Of a DNA stretch of 64,000 nucleotides, positions 27,751 through 36,364 are shown piece after piece. The stretch's first letter is position 1. Every line of letters begins with the position of its first letter. Origin of the DNA: an uncultured Mycoplasmatota bacterium (GTDB lineage: Bacteria > Bacillota_I > Bacilli_A > RF39 > UBA660); assembly GCA_900542735.1 (NCBI GenBank), contig UQOS01000003.1:6821-70820 (forward strand), in the 5' to 3' direction. The notes beneath the pieces are model-generated. The model was not told where the DNA came from. It worked only from the letters and a program-made list of their open reading frames with translations, and did not search any database. A program made the position numbers and the translations under genes.

Positions 27751-28533
27751 TTGAAAAAAGATTTAGTAACAGCAGAAATAATAGTTAAAGAAAATAAGGT
27801 GGGAATACTAAGAGTTGGAAATGTTAATTACATTTCTTTAACTGATTTAGCAAAGTATCAAAATTCAAGTGATCCATCTTTTACAGTTAAAAACTGGTTA
27901 AGAAGAATAAATACTATTGATTATATTGGACTATGGGAAGAAATTCATAATCAAGATTTTAATTTGGTCGAATTCGACCAAATTAAAACTGAATACGGTA
28001 GAAACTCATTTGCAATGTCACCAACACAATGGGTAAAAAGAACTAAAGCAATAGGAATAATTTCAAAAGGTGGGAGATATAGTATTGGAACATATGCCCA
28101 TCCAGATATTGCATTTGAATTTGCAAGTTGGCTATCTCCGGAGTTTAAATTATATTTAATAACTGAATTTGAGAGATTAAAAACTAATGAAGCTTATCAA
28201 GAAAAAATAGATTGGCAAGCAAATAGAATTTTATCTAAATTAAACTATGTGGTTCACACTGATGCAGTAAAAACCTATATTGTTCCAACACTTACAGAAG
28301 CGCAAAAGAAATTTGTTTATGCTGAAGAAGCGGATGTTTTAAATGTTGCTTTATTTGGGATGACAGCAAAAGAATGGAGAGAAAGAAATCCAAAACTTGC
28401 TGAAAATGGAAATATAAGAGATTATACTGATTTACTTCATTTAGTGATATTAAACAATCTGCAAAACACAAATGCAGAACTAATTGAAGAAAAAATACCA
28501 CAAGGTGAAAGATTAGTAAGACTTAATCATTAA
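27751..28533 (+). CDS. KilA-N domain-containing DNA-binding protein
   Basis: 260 aa; TTG start 8 nt after RBS AGGAGA; KilA-N signature region GTYAHPDIAFEFASWLSPEFKLYLITEF (compare GTWxHPxLAxEFARWLSPEF). Confidence 0.65.
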   Translation: MKKDLVTAEIIVKENKVGILRVGNVNYISLTDLAKYQNSSDPSFTVKNWLRRINTIDYIGLWEEIHNQDFNLVEFDQIKTEYGRNSFAMSPTQWVKRTKAIGIISKGGRYSIGTYAHPDIAFEFASWLSPEFKLYLITEFERLKTNEAYQEKIDWQANRILSKLNYVVHTDAVKTYIVPTLTEAQKKFVYAEEADVLNVALFGMTAKEWRERNPKLAENGNIRDYTDLLHLVILNNLQNTNAELIEEKIPQGERLVRLNH

Positions 28534-28631
28534 GCAAGAAGACAAATGAAAGTATTAAAAGATTTAGAGTTATTACAAAAACAAGTTAATGAAGAAAATA
28601 ATTTAATAACTAATTAAAAAAGTATCAGCAT

Positions 28632-28683
28632 ATTGATATGAACCCCGTTTCTACTTTGCCCAAGAAACGGGGTTCATATCAAT
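28632..28683. repeat. Perfect 21-bp inverted repeat (ATTGATATGAACCCCGTTTCT-n10-AGAAACGGGGTTCATATCAAT)
   Basis: Read directly; about 100 nt downstream of the KilA-N stop; not followed by a T-run. Confidence 0.6.
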
Positions 28684-29441
28684 TCAATATTAGAACAATT
28701 TTTTGAACCATCGTTAAAACAAATATCAATATTAATCGATAGTGGAATAATATCATGGAATAGTGTTATCGAAACAATAAGTTTAAATGATATAAATAAG
28801 GATATTAAGGATTTTAAACACCTTATATATGAAAGTTGGGAAAAATTATATGTATATAAACATATTAAATATGATTTGATTATGAGTTTTATAATTCAAA
28901 TATATTTATTTACCAAAAAGGAAATAGCAATGTTTTTAAATCAAAAATACAAAAGTGAAAATTTAAATACAATGTTTTCATGTATAAATGTGATTGAAAA
29001 AGAAGGAAAATACATAGACAAAGATATTAAAACTAAAATAGATATGTACAGAAACATTATCAATGTTTATAAACATGGAAAAAGTAAAAGCTTTGATTAG
29101 TTAAAAGAGAAAAATTGTTATGTTTTAAATTCCTGTTATGACTCGAACGATTTATCATTTGTATTTAATTTAAAATTTGTTTCATTTGAAGAACTGTATA
29201 ATACTCTAATTAATTTTATTAATGAGTTGTAATTAATATTTAATCTAATTATATGTTTGATGATATATCAAATTATGATATAATATCATTGTGAACGGAT
29301 GTGAACAATGTCCACAATATGTACACGTTAGAGAAATACTTATAGTACAGGTAATATCATAAATACAAATAATATAGATGTACCTAGTCTGATAAACAAG
29401 GAAATACGAATAATACTATAAGTATAGATAGTATTGATAAT

Positions 29442-29501
29442 ATGGGAGCATCCACTACTTGTGGCTCCGGAAAAAAATATAAACAATGTTGTGGAAAGTA
29501 A
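29442..29501 (+). repeat. Third copy of the secA SEC-C tail coding segment (MGASTTCGSGKKYKQCCGK-stop); start of tandem repeat unit B
   Basis: tgtggctccggaaaaaaatataaacaatgttgtggaaagtaa; closest to copy 2; followed by the same ~110-bp block (TTATCCACAAAATAT...AAAGGTG...palindrome) as copy 2. Confidence 0.7.
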
Positions 29502-29591
29502 GATAAAATAAGAAAAAAATCGAATTATAACTATTGATAATGAATTTAATTTTATGACTTATCCACAAAATATAAAAATATGTAGTAAAAT

Positions 29592-29624
29592 AAAGGTGCA
29601 AACAAAAAAATTGTTGGCACCTTT
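29592..29624. repeat. Palindrome copy B: AAAGGTGCAAACAA-n5-TTGTTGGCACCTTT, upstream of the RhuM remnant
   Basis: Homolog of 27684-27720 with a covarying change in both arms. Confidence 0.55.
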
Positions 29625-29647
29625 TAAATTTAAACAGGAGGTTTTTA

Positions 29648-29916
29648 ATGGAAAAACAAAAATAGATGTAAAATTCGAAAATGAAACAGTATGATTATAG
29701 CAACAGCAAATGGTAGACTTATGCGATACAACTAAACAAAATATAAGTTTTCATATTAAAAACATTTTTGATGAAGAAGAATTAGTTGAAAAATCAACTG
29801 TAAAGGAATTCTTGACAGTTCAAAAAGAAGGAAATCGAAAAGTTGAAAGAAAAGTTAAATATTACAATCTGGATATGATTATTTCTTTAGGATATAGAAT
29901 AAAATCAAGTTATTAG
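29648..29916 (+). pseudogene. Decayed N-terminal fragment of a RhuM-family (virulence/Fic-related DNA-binding) gene
   Basis: Reads MEKQK*, then in +2 frame IDVKFENETV(TGA)L(TAG)QQQMVDLCDTTKQNISFHIKNIFDEEEL...YYNLDMIISLGYRIKS. This matches the conserved RhuM N-terminus (IDVKLENETVWLTQAQM...NISLHLKNIF...YYNLDAIIAVGYRV) but carries a frameshift and two nonsense codons, and is truncated at ~70 aa. Confidence 0.6.
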
Positions 29917-29965
29917 AAAATGAAAAATGATATAAATAATTATAAAATGCCCAAGGAGGAATATT

Positions 29966-30508
29966 ATGAAAAGATGTAAGTGGTGTAATTTAAATAATCC
30001 CATTTATATAGAATATCACGATAAAGAATGGGGAGTAATGAACATAAATGATGACTATCTATTAGAAATGCTAATTCTAGAGTCTTTTCAAGCTGGGCTT
30101 TCTTGGGAATGCGTATTAAATAAAAGAGAAAGTTTTAGACAAGCTTATGATAATTTTAATATCGATAAAATATGCAATTATACTGAAAATAAAATAAAAG
30201 AATTATCTGAAAATAAGGACATTATTAGAAATAAGTTGAAGATTAAGGCAAGTATCAACAATGCCAAAATATTCAAAAGTATTCAAAAAGAGTTTGGTAG
30301 TTTTTCTAATTACTTAAAAACATTTACTAAAGATAACATAATTTATGAAACCGATAAGACAACAAACTTTTTATCTGATGATATTTCTAAAGATTTAATA
30401 AAAAGAGGTATGAAATTTGTAGGAAGTACGATTATTTATTCATATCTTCAAGCAATTGGAATCATTTATTCTCATGAAAAAGAATGTTTTCTATATAAAA
30501 ACAATTAA
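29966..30508 (+). CDS. tag: DNA-3-methyladenine glycosylase I
   Basis: 180 aa; RCKWCNLNNPIYIEYHDKEWGV and ESFQAGLSWECVLNKRESFRQAY match Tag zinc-snap and HhH motifs. Confidence 0.85.
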   Translation: MKRCKWCNLNNPIYIEYHDKEWGVMNINDDYLLEMLILESFQAGLSWECVLNKRESFRQAYDNFNIDKICNYTENKIKELSENKDIIRNKLKIKASINNAKIFKSIQKEFGSFSNYLKTFTKDNIIYETDKTTNFLSDDISKDLIKRGMKFVGSTIIYSYLQAIGIIYSHEKECFLYKNN

Positions 30509-30571
30509 AAAAGCTTGTATCTTTCAAAATATATGGTATAGTATACACCATTATGAAAAGGAGAGATACTT

Positions 30572-31006
30572 ATGATATCATGTAAAAATCTAAAAATTAC
30601 TGATGAGAATATAGAAAAATTAGAATTAGCTAGATTTGATGCTTATGGTATGAAGACAGATGATTTTGATCTTAAAAATACTTTTTCTGCTAACCAGTTA
30701 AGAAATAAAAAATATTTAGCTTTCGGAGCATATTTAGAAGATAAATTAGTAGGTGGTTGTTATGTTTCTAGTTCTCGTAATTCTCTTTATATAGAAGAAC
30801 TTTTTATAAAAAAAGATGCCAGTCAAATAGAAGTTGGTACTAATTTACTAAAATATGTATTAAAAAGAAAATCATTCATTGAAAAATACTATTGCCAAGA
30901 ATTTAATACAAGTTGTTTAGAAAATAGGGAAGAATTAAACTATATCTATCAGTCATTAGGTTATAGAAAGATAAGTCAAATAGTAATGAGTAAAAGATTT
31001 AAATAG
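30572..31006 (+). CDS. Hypothetical protein, possible GNAT-fold acetyltransferase
   Basis: 144 aa; weak GNAT-like core (LAFGAYLEDKLVGGCYV...LYIEELFIKKDASQIEVGTNLLKYV). Confidence 0.35.
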   Translation: MISCKNLKITDENIEKLELARFDAYGMKTDDFDLKNTFSANQLRNKKYLAFGAYLEDKLVGGCYVSSSRNSLYIEELFIKKDASQIEVGTNLLKYVLKRKSFIEKYYCQEFNTSCLENREELNYIYQSLGYRKISQIVMSKRFK

Positions 31007-31093
31007 ATAATAAAAGGGTAAAAGAGCTAGTTTCAAAATAATTAGTTCTTTTCATTTTACAGAAACTTATATATAATGATAGTGGTGAACTAT

Positions 31094-31510
31094 ATGAAAA
31101 CATTAACCATCAATCAACCATTTGCTACCTTAATTGTAGAAGGATTAAAAGAATATGAATTCCGTACTTGGAAAACAAATTATCGTGGTGAAATTTTAAT
31201 TCATGCTGGTAAAGGTGTAGATAAAAAAGCTATGAAAAATTATGAGTATTTAGGTTTAGAATATCCAAAAGGTTGCATAATAGGAAAAGCTACCATTACC
31301 GATTGCATAAAGATAGATGATAATGCTAGAAAAATATTAAAAGAAAAAAATAGGATTATATATTCTAATATTATAGATAATAAAGATTGGAATGGCTATG
31401 GCTTTAAATTAGAAAATGTGGAAAAACTAGAAAACATTGAAGTATGTGGAAAACTAAGTTTTTGGGAATTTGATTATCCACAAATCTGTGGAAAACGAAA
31501 AGAGGGATAA
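31094..31510 (+). CDS. ASCH-domain (PUA-like) protein
   Basis: MKTLTINQPFATLIVEGLKEYEFRTW...GEILIHAG matches the ASCH N-terminal signature (MKALSIRQPWAxLIxxGxKxxExRxW); start ATG 31094 after RBS GGTGAA. Confidence 0.6.
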   Translation: MKTLTINQPFATLIVEGLKEYEFRTWKTNYRGEILIHAGKGVDKKAMKNYEYLGLEYPKGCIIGKATITDCIKIDDNARKILKEKNRIIYSNIIDNKDWNGYGFKLENVEKLENIEVCGKLSFWEFDYPQICGKRKEG

Positions 31511-31512
31511 AT

Positions 31513-32608
31513 ATGGATATAAATGAAATGAAACGAAAATTAGAAGAAAATAAATTAGAAATTATAGATTTATGGAGGTCACTTTGACATCTCTTCTAAG
31601 CTTCGAGAATTAAAAGAAAAAGAAGAAGAAATGCTAAAGCCAAACTTTTGGGACGACAAAGAAAAAGCAGACTTGACATTAAAAGACATTCAAGAATTAA
31701 AAAACTTAACACAAGATATTAAAAAATTAAAAGAAGATACTGAAAATAATCTAGAATTAATTGAACTCTTATTGGTTGAAAAAGATGATGAGTTACTACA
31801 AAATTTAGAATTAGACATAAAAAATGAGACCAAACAACTAGAAAAACTATCGGTATTACTCCTTTTAAATGGACCTTATGATAAAAATAACTGTACTTTA
31901 GAAATCCATTCTGGAGCAGGTGGAACAGAAGCTTGTGATTGGGCAAATATGTTATATAGAATGTATTTAAGATATTGTGAGAAAAAAGGTTATAAAGTAG
32001 AAGTGTTAGATTATCAAGAAGGAGAAGAAGTAGGAATTAAAAGTGTTACGATTGAAATTAAAGGATTAAATGCTTATGGATACCTAAAAGGAGAAAAAGG
32101 TGTCCATCGTTTAGTAAGACTTTCACCATTTGATGCAGCTAATAAAAGACATACTTCTTTTGCATCTATTGATATTATTCCAGAATTTGATAATACTATT
32201 AATATAGACATCAACGAAAAAGATTTAAAAATAGATGTTTATCGTTCAAGTGGTAAAGGTGGACAAGGAGTAAATACTACCGATTCAGCAGTAAGAATTA
32301 CCCATTTACCAACCAAAACAGTAGTAACCTGTCAAAATGAAAGAAGCCAAATTCAAAATAAAGAGACAGCTATGAAAATGTTAAAAGCAAAACTCTATGT
32401 AATAGAACAGGAAAAGAAAAATCAAGAGTTAAATGCCATTAAAGGAAACTATCAAAATATTGAATTTGGTTCTCAAATAAGAAGTTATGTAATGCACCCA
32501 TATTCTATGGTAAAAGATCATCGTACTAATACAGAAACTAGTAATGTTTCTAAAGTATTAGATGGTGATATAGATTTATTTATAGAATCATATTTGAAAG
32601 GAGTCTAA
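31513..32608 (+). CDS. prfB: Peptide chain release factor 2, expressed via programmed +1 ribosomal frameshift (join 31513..31584, 31586..32608)
   Basis: Frame 0 is MDINEMKRKLEENKLEIIDLWRSL then TGA at 31585-31587; the shifty site CTT TGA C is preceded by internal SD GGAGGT (31574-31579). The +1 frame continues DISSKLRELKEKEEEMLKPNFWDD... into the track ORF 31631-32608. SPF tripeptide and GGQ motifs ([24 protein letters not shown]) present. Confidence 0.9.
31574..31588 (+). promoter_or_regulatory. prfB autoregulatory +1 frameshift site (GGAGGT-cac-CTT TGA C)
   Basis: Matches the canonical RF2 recoding cassette: SD-like element 3 nt before CUU UGA C. Confidence 0.85.
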
Positions 32609-32610
32609 AA

Positions 32611-33495
32611 ATGAAGTGGTTTAAAAAATTTGAAAAACAAGGTCATATTTTAGAAAAAGTAGAAGCAAAAGACAAATTAAAAAGATACTTTGAATTGGTA
32701 ATTGGTATTTTATTAATCGCAATCGCTTTTAACTTATTTCTATTACCAAATGAATTAGTATTTGGTGGAGTAAGTGGCCTATCTATTATGGTATCTAAAT
32801 TTATTACGATAGATGCATCTACTTTTATCATGATAGCTTCCTTACTTTTATTAGTAGTAAGCTTTCTTGTTTTAGGAAAAAATGATACAAAAGCATCTAT
32901 TGTTGGTTCAATCTTATTTCCTATTTTTGTAAATATCACAGCAAATATTGGGGAATATATAAAACTAGATACAGGCAATGTCTTATTATCAGCTGTTTTT
33001 GGTGGTATCATTTATGGCTTTGGTGCTGGACTCGTATTTAAAGCAGGATTCACAACCGGTGGTACTGATATTATCAACCAGATATTATCTAAATATTTAC
33101 ATATGAGTATGGGCAATGCTATGTTAATTAGTGATGGATTAATTGTGGTACTAGGTGGCTTTTTCTTTGGAGCAACCAAGTTAATGTATGCTCTAATCGT
33201 AATTTATATTATCGGTCTAATGACAGATAAAGTTTTATTAGGAATTTCTAATTCTAAAGCTTTTTATATTATTACAAACGAAGATGAAAAAATTAGAGAT
33301 TACTTACTAAATGAACTCCATCATGGGGTTACTATATTTAGTGTAAAAGGTGGCTATACCCACAAAAAAGATGAAGTAATTTTATGTGTAGTACCAACTC
33401 GTGAGTATTACCGTGTTAAAGAGGGAATTCATGAAATAGATAGCGAAGCTTTCTTTGTAGTTTGTGATGCTTATGAAGTAAGTGGAGGAGAATAA
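32611..33495 (+). CDS. YitT-family (DUF161 + DUF2179) membrane protein
   Basis: 294 aa; TM core with GGVSGLSIM and TTGGTDI motifs, then C-terminal DUF2179-like soluble domain (HGVTIFSVKGGYT...EAFFVV). Confidence 0.7.
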   Translation: MKWFKKFEKQGHILEKVEAKDKLKRYFELVIGILLIAIAFNLFLLPNELVFGGVSGLSIMVSKFITIDASTFIMIASLLLLVVSFLVLGKNDTKASIVGSILFPIFVNITANIGEYIKLDTGNVLLSAVFGGIIYGFGAGLVFKAGFTTGGTDIINQILSKYLHMSMGNAMLISDGLIVVLGGFFFGATKLMYALIVIYIIGLMTDKVLLGISNSKAFYIITNEDEKIRDYLLNELHHGVTIFSVKGGYTHKKDEVILCVVPTREYYRVKEGIHEIDSEAFFVVCDAYEVSGGE

Positions 33496-33496
33496 T

Positions 33497-34384
33497 ATGG
33501 ACATTTTATCAAAAGGAAAAGATAGTGCTTTATCAATTTTAGATACTATTCATAAGAAAAAGTTAGTTCGTAGATATTTTATATTAATCGTATCACTTTT
33601 TATTTCAGCGTGTTATTTTAATTTATTACAGCTACCAACTCAAATTGTAACTGGTGGTACGAGTGGAGTTGCAATCATTTTAAATTCTTATTTTAATGTT
33701 TCACCATCAACTGTTGTTTTCTTATTTTCCATTGTGTTATTAATTTCTGGCTTTATATTTTTAGGAATTGAAAAATCATCAGGCGCTGTAGTAACTGCTA
33801 TTATCTACCCAATATTTCTAGATTTAACTGCTAATATCGGTAATTACATTCAAGTAGATTTATCTGACAAAATACTAGTATCTATTTTTGTAGGAATTTT
33901 ATCAGGAGTAACATCAGGAATGGTTTATAAAGTTGGATTTAGTAATGGTGGATTCTCTATTATTAGTGAAATCATTTCTAAATACAAAAAAGTATCTATA
34001 TCTAGTATTAGTTTCATTATCAATTTAATCATTGTCGTAATTGGTGGACTTAGTTTTGGTTGGACTATGGTTTTATATGCTGCTATTGTTCTTTATATAT
34101 ATAGTGTTGTTTTAGATAGAGTATTAATTGGTGTATCTAAAAATAAAGCATTATATATAATTACTTCTAAAGAGGAAGAATTATGTAACTATATCATGAA
34201 AGACTTAAAACATGGTGTTACTATTTTTGATGTAAAAGGTGCTTTTTTAGAGAAGAAAAGAAAAGTATTAATGACAGTAATTCCAAATCGTGAATACTTT
34301 AAATTAAAAGAAGGAATCAAAGAAATTGATGAAAAAGCATTCTTTATTGTAACAGACTCTTACCAAGTTTATGGAGGAGAGTAG
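33497..34384 (+). CDS. YitT-family membrane protein, tandem paralog
   Basis: ~40% identical to the preceding gene (TGGTSGVAIIL; HGVTIFDVKGAF...KAFFIV); ATG 33497 after RBS GGAGGAG. Confidence 0.7.
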   Translation: MDILSKGKDSALSILDTIHKKKLVRRYFILIVSLFISACYFNLLQLPTQIVTGGTSGVAIILNSYFNVSPSTVVFLFSIVLLISGFIFLGIEKSSGAVVTAIIYPIFLDLTANIGNYIQVDLSDKILVSIFVGILSGVTSGMVYKVGFSNGGFSIISEIISKYKKVSISSISFIINLIIVVIGGLSFGWTMVLYAAIVLYIYSVVLDRVLIGVSKNKALYIITSKEEELCNYIMKDLKHGVTIFDVKGAFLEKKRKVLMTVIPNREYFKLKEGIKEIDEKAFFIVTDSYQVYGGE

Positions 34385-34443
34385 AATTTTACTTTTAGAA
34401 TAGATTGTGCTATAATAAGCCCCGCTAAAAAAGAGGGATTATT

Positions 34444-35136
34444 ATGGAAAAAATATTAGAATTACTTATGAAAAAATATAGTTTACTAAGAGATTCATCA
34501 ACTAATGACCAAACTATTTTAACTGTTAATTTAGAAATTATGACAAAGTTAATAGAATTTTATCAAGAAAAGCTATTAGAATTTAGATATCTATATAAAA
34601 AGTTAAAACAAAATAATGAAGATATAACTCTAGTAGATTTAATAGAGAAACCTATTGAAAAACAAGTTGAATATATTTTATACAAAAATATGCAATCACT
34701 ATTAAAAAAAGAAAATAATCAAAAACAAACTTTCCTTAATAGTAATAAAAAATACATTTATTATAATGTCTTAATCCAAATAAAAAATTCTATTACTTCC
34801 GAAAAGTATCTAGAATTAAAAACATTATTATCATTTTTAGATATTGAAACATCAAACGATATTCTTCAGCAGAAACATAAGAAAACAGAAGAACTAGATG
34901 AAAAGCTAGCTATAGATCGTATTTGTGTTTTAGAGTGTAGAAGTATTCAGAAAAAACTAGAAGATACCAACCTTTCTAGAGAAGATAAACATTTCTATCA
35001 AACCCTAGGGCAATCATTTCTATCAGCTATTCATATAGATCATTTAAAAGAAGCTCTTCTTAGTGAATTACATAAAAATTCCAATATAATTTCTTTTCCA
35101 GATATTAAAAAAAGAACTATGATTAGTACACGATAA
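34444..35136 (+). CDS. Hypothetical protein
   Basis: 230-aa ORF, no recognisable motifs. Confidence 0.3.
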   Translation: MEKILELLMKKYSLLRDSSTNDQTILTVNLEIMTKLIEFYQEKLLEFRYLYKKLKQNNEDITLVDLIEKPIEKQVEYILYKNMQSLLKKENNQKQTFLNSNKKYIYYNVLIQIKNSITSEKYLELKTLLSFLDIETSNDILQQKHKKTEELDEKLAIDRICVLECRSIQKKLEDTNLSREDKHFYQTLGQSFLSAIHIDHLKEALLSELHKNSNIISFPDIKKRTMISTR

Positions 35137-35413
35137 TTATTTTGTACCAACTGTAGTTCTTTTTGTTTTCTTATTTTCCATGCCATCTTCTAAAAAGAAA
35201 TCATCTAATTTTTTGTTAAACAAAATAGATAATTTATATAAAAGTGTCAAAGAACAATTTTTCCTAGGGTCGTTTAAAGATTCTATTCTTTTAAAATATT
35301 CTGGAGTAACACCAATTATCTCTGATACCTGCATAACAGACATTCCACTTTCTTTACGATATCTCCTAATATTATAGCATACAACCTTTTTAAAATCTGA
35401 ATTAAATTCTTTC
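35137..35413 (-). CDS. XRE-family HTH transcriptional regulator
   Basis: Start ATG 35413 (MKEFNSDFKK...) with RBS AGGTGG; HTH (IRRYRKESGMSVMQVSEIIGVTPEYFKRIES). Confidence 0.6.
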
Positions 35414-35665
35414 ATAGTTAACCACCTAACACCATTCTTACACAATCGAAAAAATAAAAAAGCAACCTTTTTTTCCAAAAGTCATAAAAAGTATCTAAAA
35501 AGTAAAAAGTTATACAGTAAGTAAATTGATTTTTTGAAAAAATAGAATATTTCTATCTAAAAAATAGAATTACCAATAATTAACTTTTAAAAAACATGAT
35601 AATATTTTCAAAAATTGTCGAATTTATGCTATAATTTAAGAAAGTAAGGATAAGAAGGTGATATT

Positions 35666-36364
35666 TTGGAATTAATTAGAATTAAGAATGTGACAAAACA
35701 ATATCGAAACGGTGTTACAGCAATCTATGATTTAAATCTCAAAATAAAAAAAGGTGACTTCGTTTTTATAATAGGTGGAACTGGTTGTGGAAAATCAACT
35801 TTAATTAAAATGCTATATCGTGAAGAAAAACCTACCAAAGGGGAAATCATTGTTGGTGGTTTAAATGTAGCTAAATTAAGAAATAGTAAGGTATATAAAT
35901 TAAGAAGAAAATTAGGAATTGTTTTCCAGGACTATCGTTTATTACCAAAAGCTACTGTTTATGAAAATGTTGCTTTTGCTTTAGAAGTAATAGGTACTAA
36001 AAAAGATGAAATTAATGAAAAAGTATTAAAAGCTTTAGAGTTAGTCGGACTAAAAGGAAAAATTAGAAATTACCCTGACCAATTATCAGGAGGAGAACAA
36101 CAAAGAGTAGCAATCGCAAGAGCTATTGTAAACCAGCCAAAACTATTACTTTGTGATGAACCAACTGGTAACCTAGACCCTGAAAAAAGTATGGAAATCA
36201 TGAAAGTATTAGAAGAAATCAACAACACAACAGGAACTACTATCATTATGGCTACACATGATAAAGATATCGTTAATAAAATGAAAAAAAGAGTAATTAC
36301 CTTAAAAGAAGGTAGATTAATCAGTGATGAAGAGAAAGGAAAATATCATAATGAAGCTATTTAG
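35666..36364 (+). CDS. ftsE: Cell division ABC transporter ATP-binding protein FtsE
   Basis: TTG start after AAGGTGA; Walker A GGTGCGKST; signature LSGGEQQR; Walker B LLLCDEPTGNLD; followed by ftsX. Confidence 0.9.
   Translation: MELIRIKNVTKQYRNGVTAIYDLNLKIKKGDFVFIIGGTGCGKSTLIKMLYREEKPTKGEIIVGGLNVAKLRNSKVYKLRRKLGIVFQDYRLLPKATVYENVAFALEVIGTKKDEINEKVLKALELVGLKGKIRNYPDQLSGGEQQRVAIARAIVNQPKLLLCDEPTGNLDPEKSMEIMKVLEEINNTTGTTIIMATHDKDIVNKMKKRVITLKEGRLISDEEKGKYHNEAI

Noticed and set aside
28876-29100. Track ORF 28876-29100 as an independent 74-aa gene
   Set aside because: The frame is open much further upstream (from 28642) without a plausible start or RBS. It looks like the 3' remnant of a longer gene rather than a genuine small gene, so it is reported as a finding, not a feature.
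29559-29567. Perfect DnaA box TTATCCACA (and a degenerate copy at 27651-27659)
   Set aside because: These are single boxes with no cluster, no dnaA/dnaN nearby and no AT-rich unwinding-element arrangement, so they are not a replication origin. They are kept only as part of the repeated module.
29690-29720. In-frame TGA and TAG inside the RhuM-like reading frame could hint at genetic code 4 (TGA = Trp)
   Set aside because: TGA is clearly used as a stop elsewhere in the window (regulator stop at 19401-19403 overlapping the kinase ATG; ftsX stop at 37248-37250 overlapping the next ATG), and TAG is also present in frame. Ordinary pseudogenisation is the better explanation.
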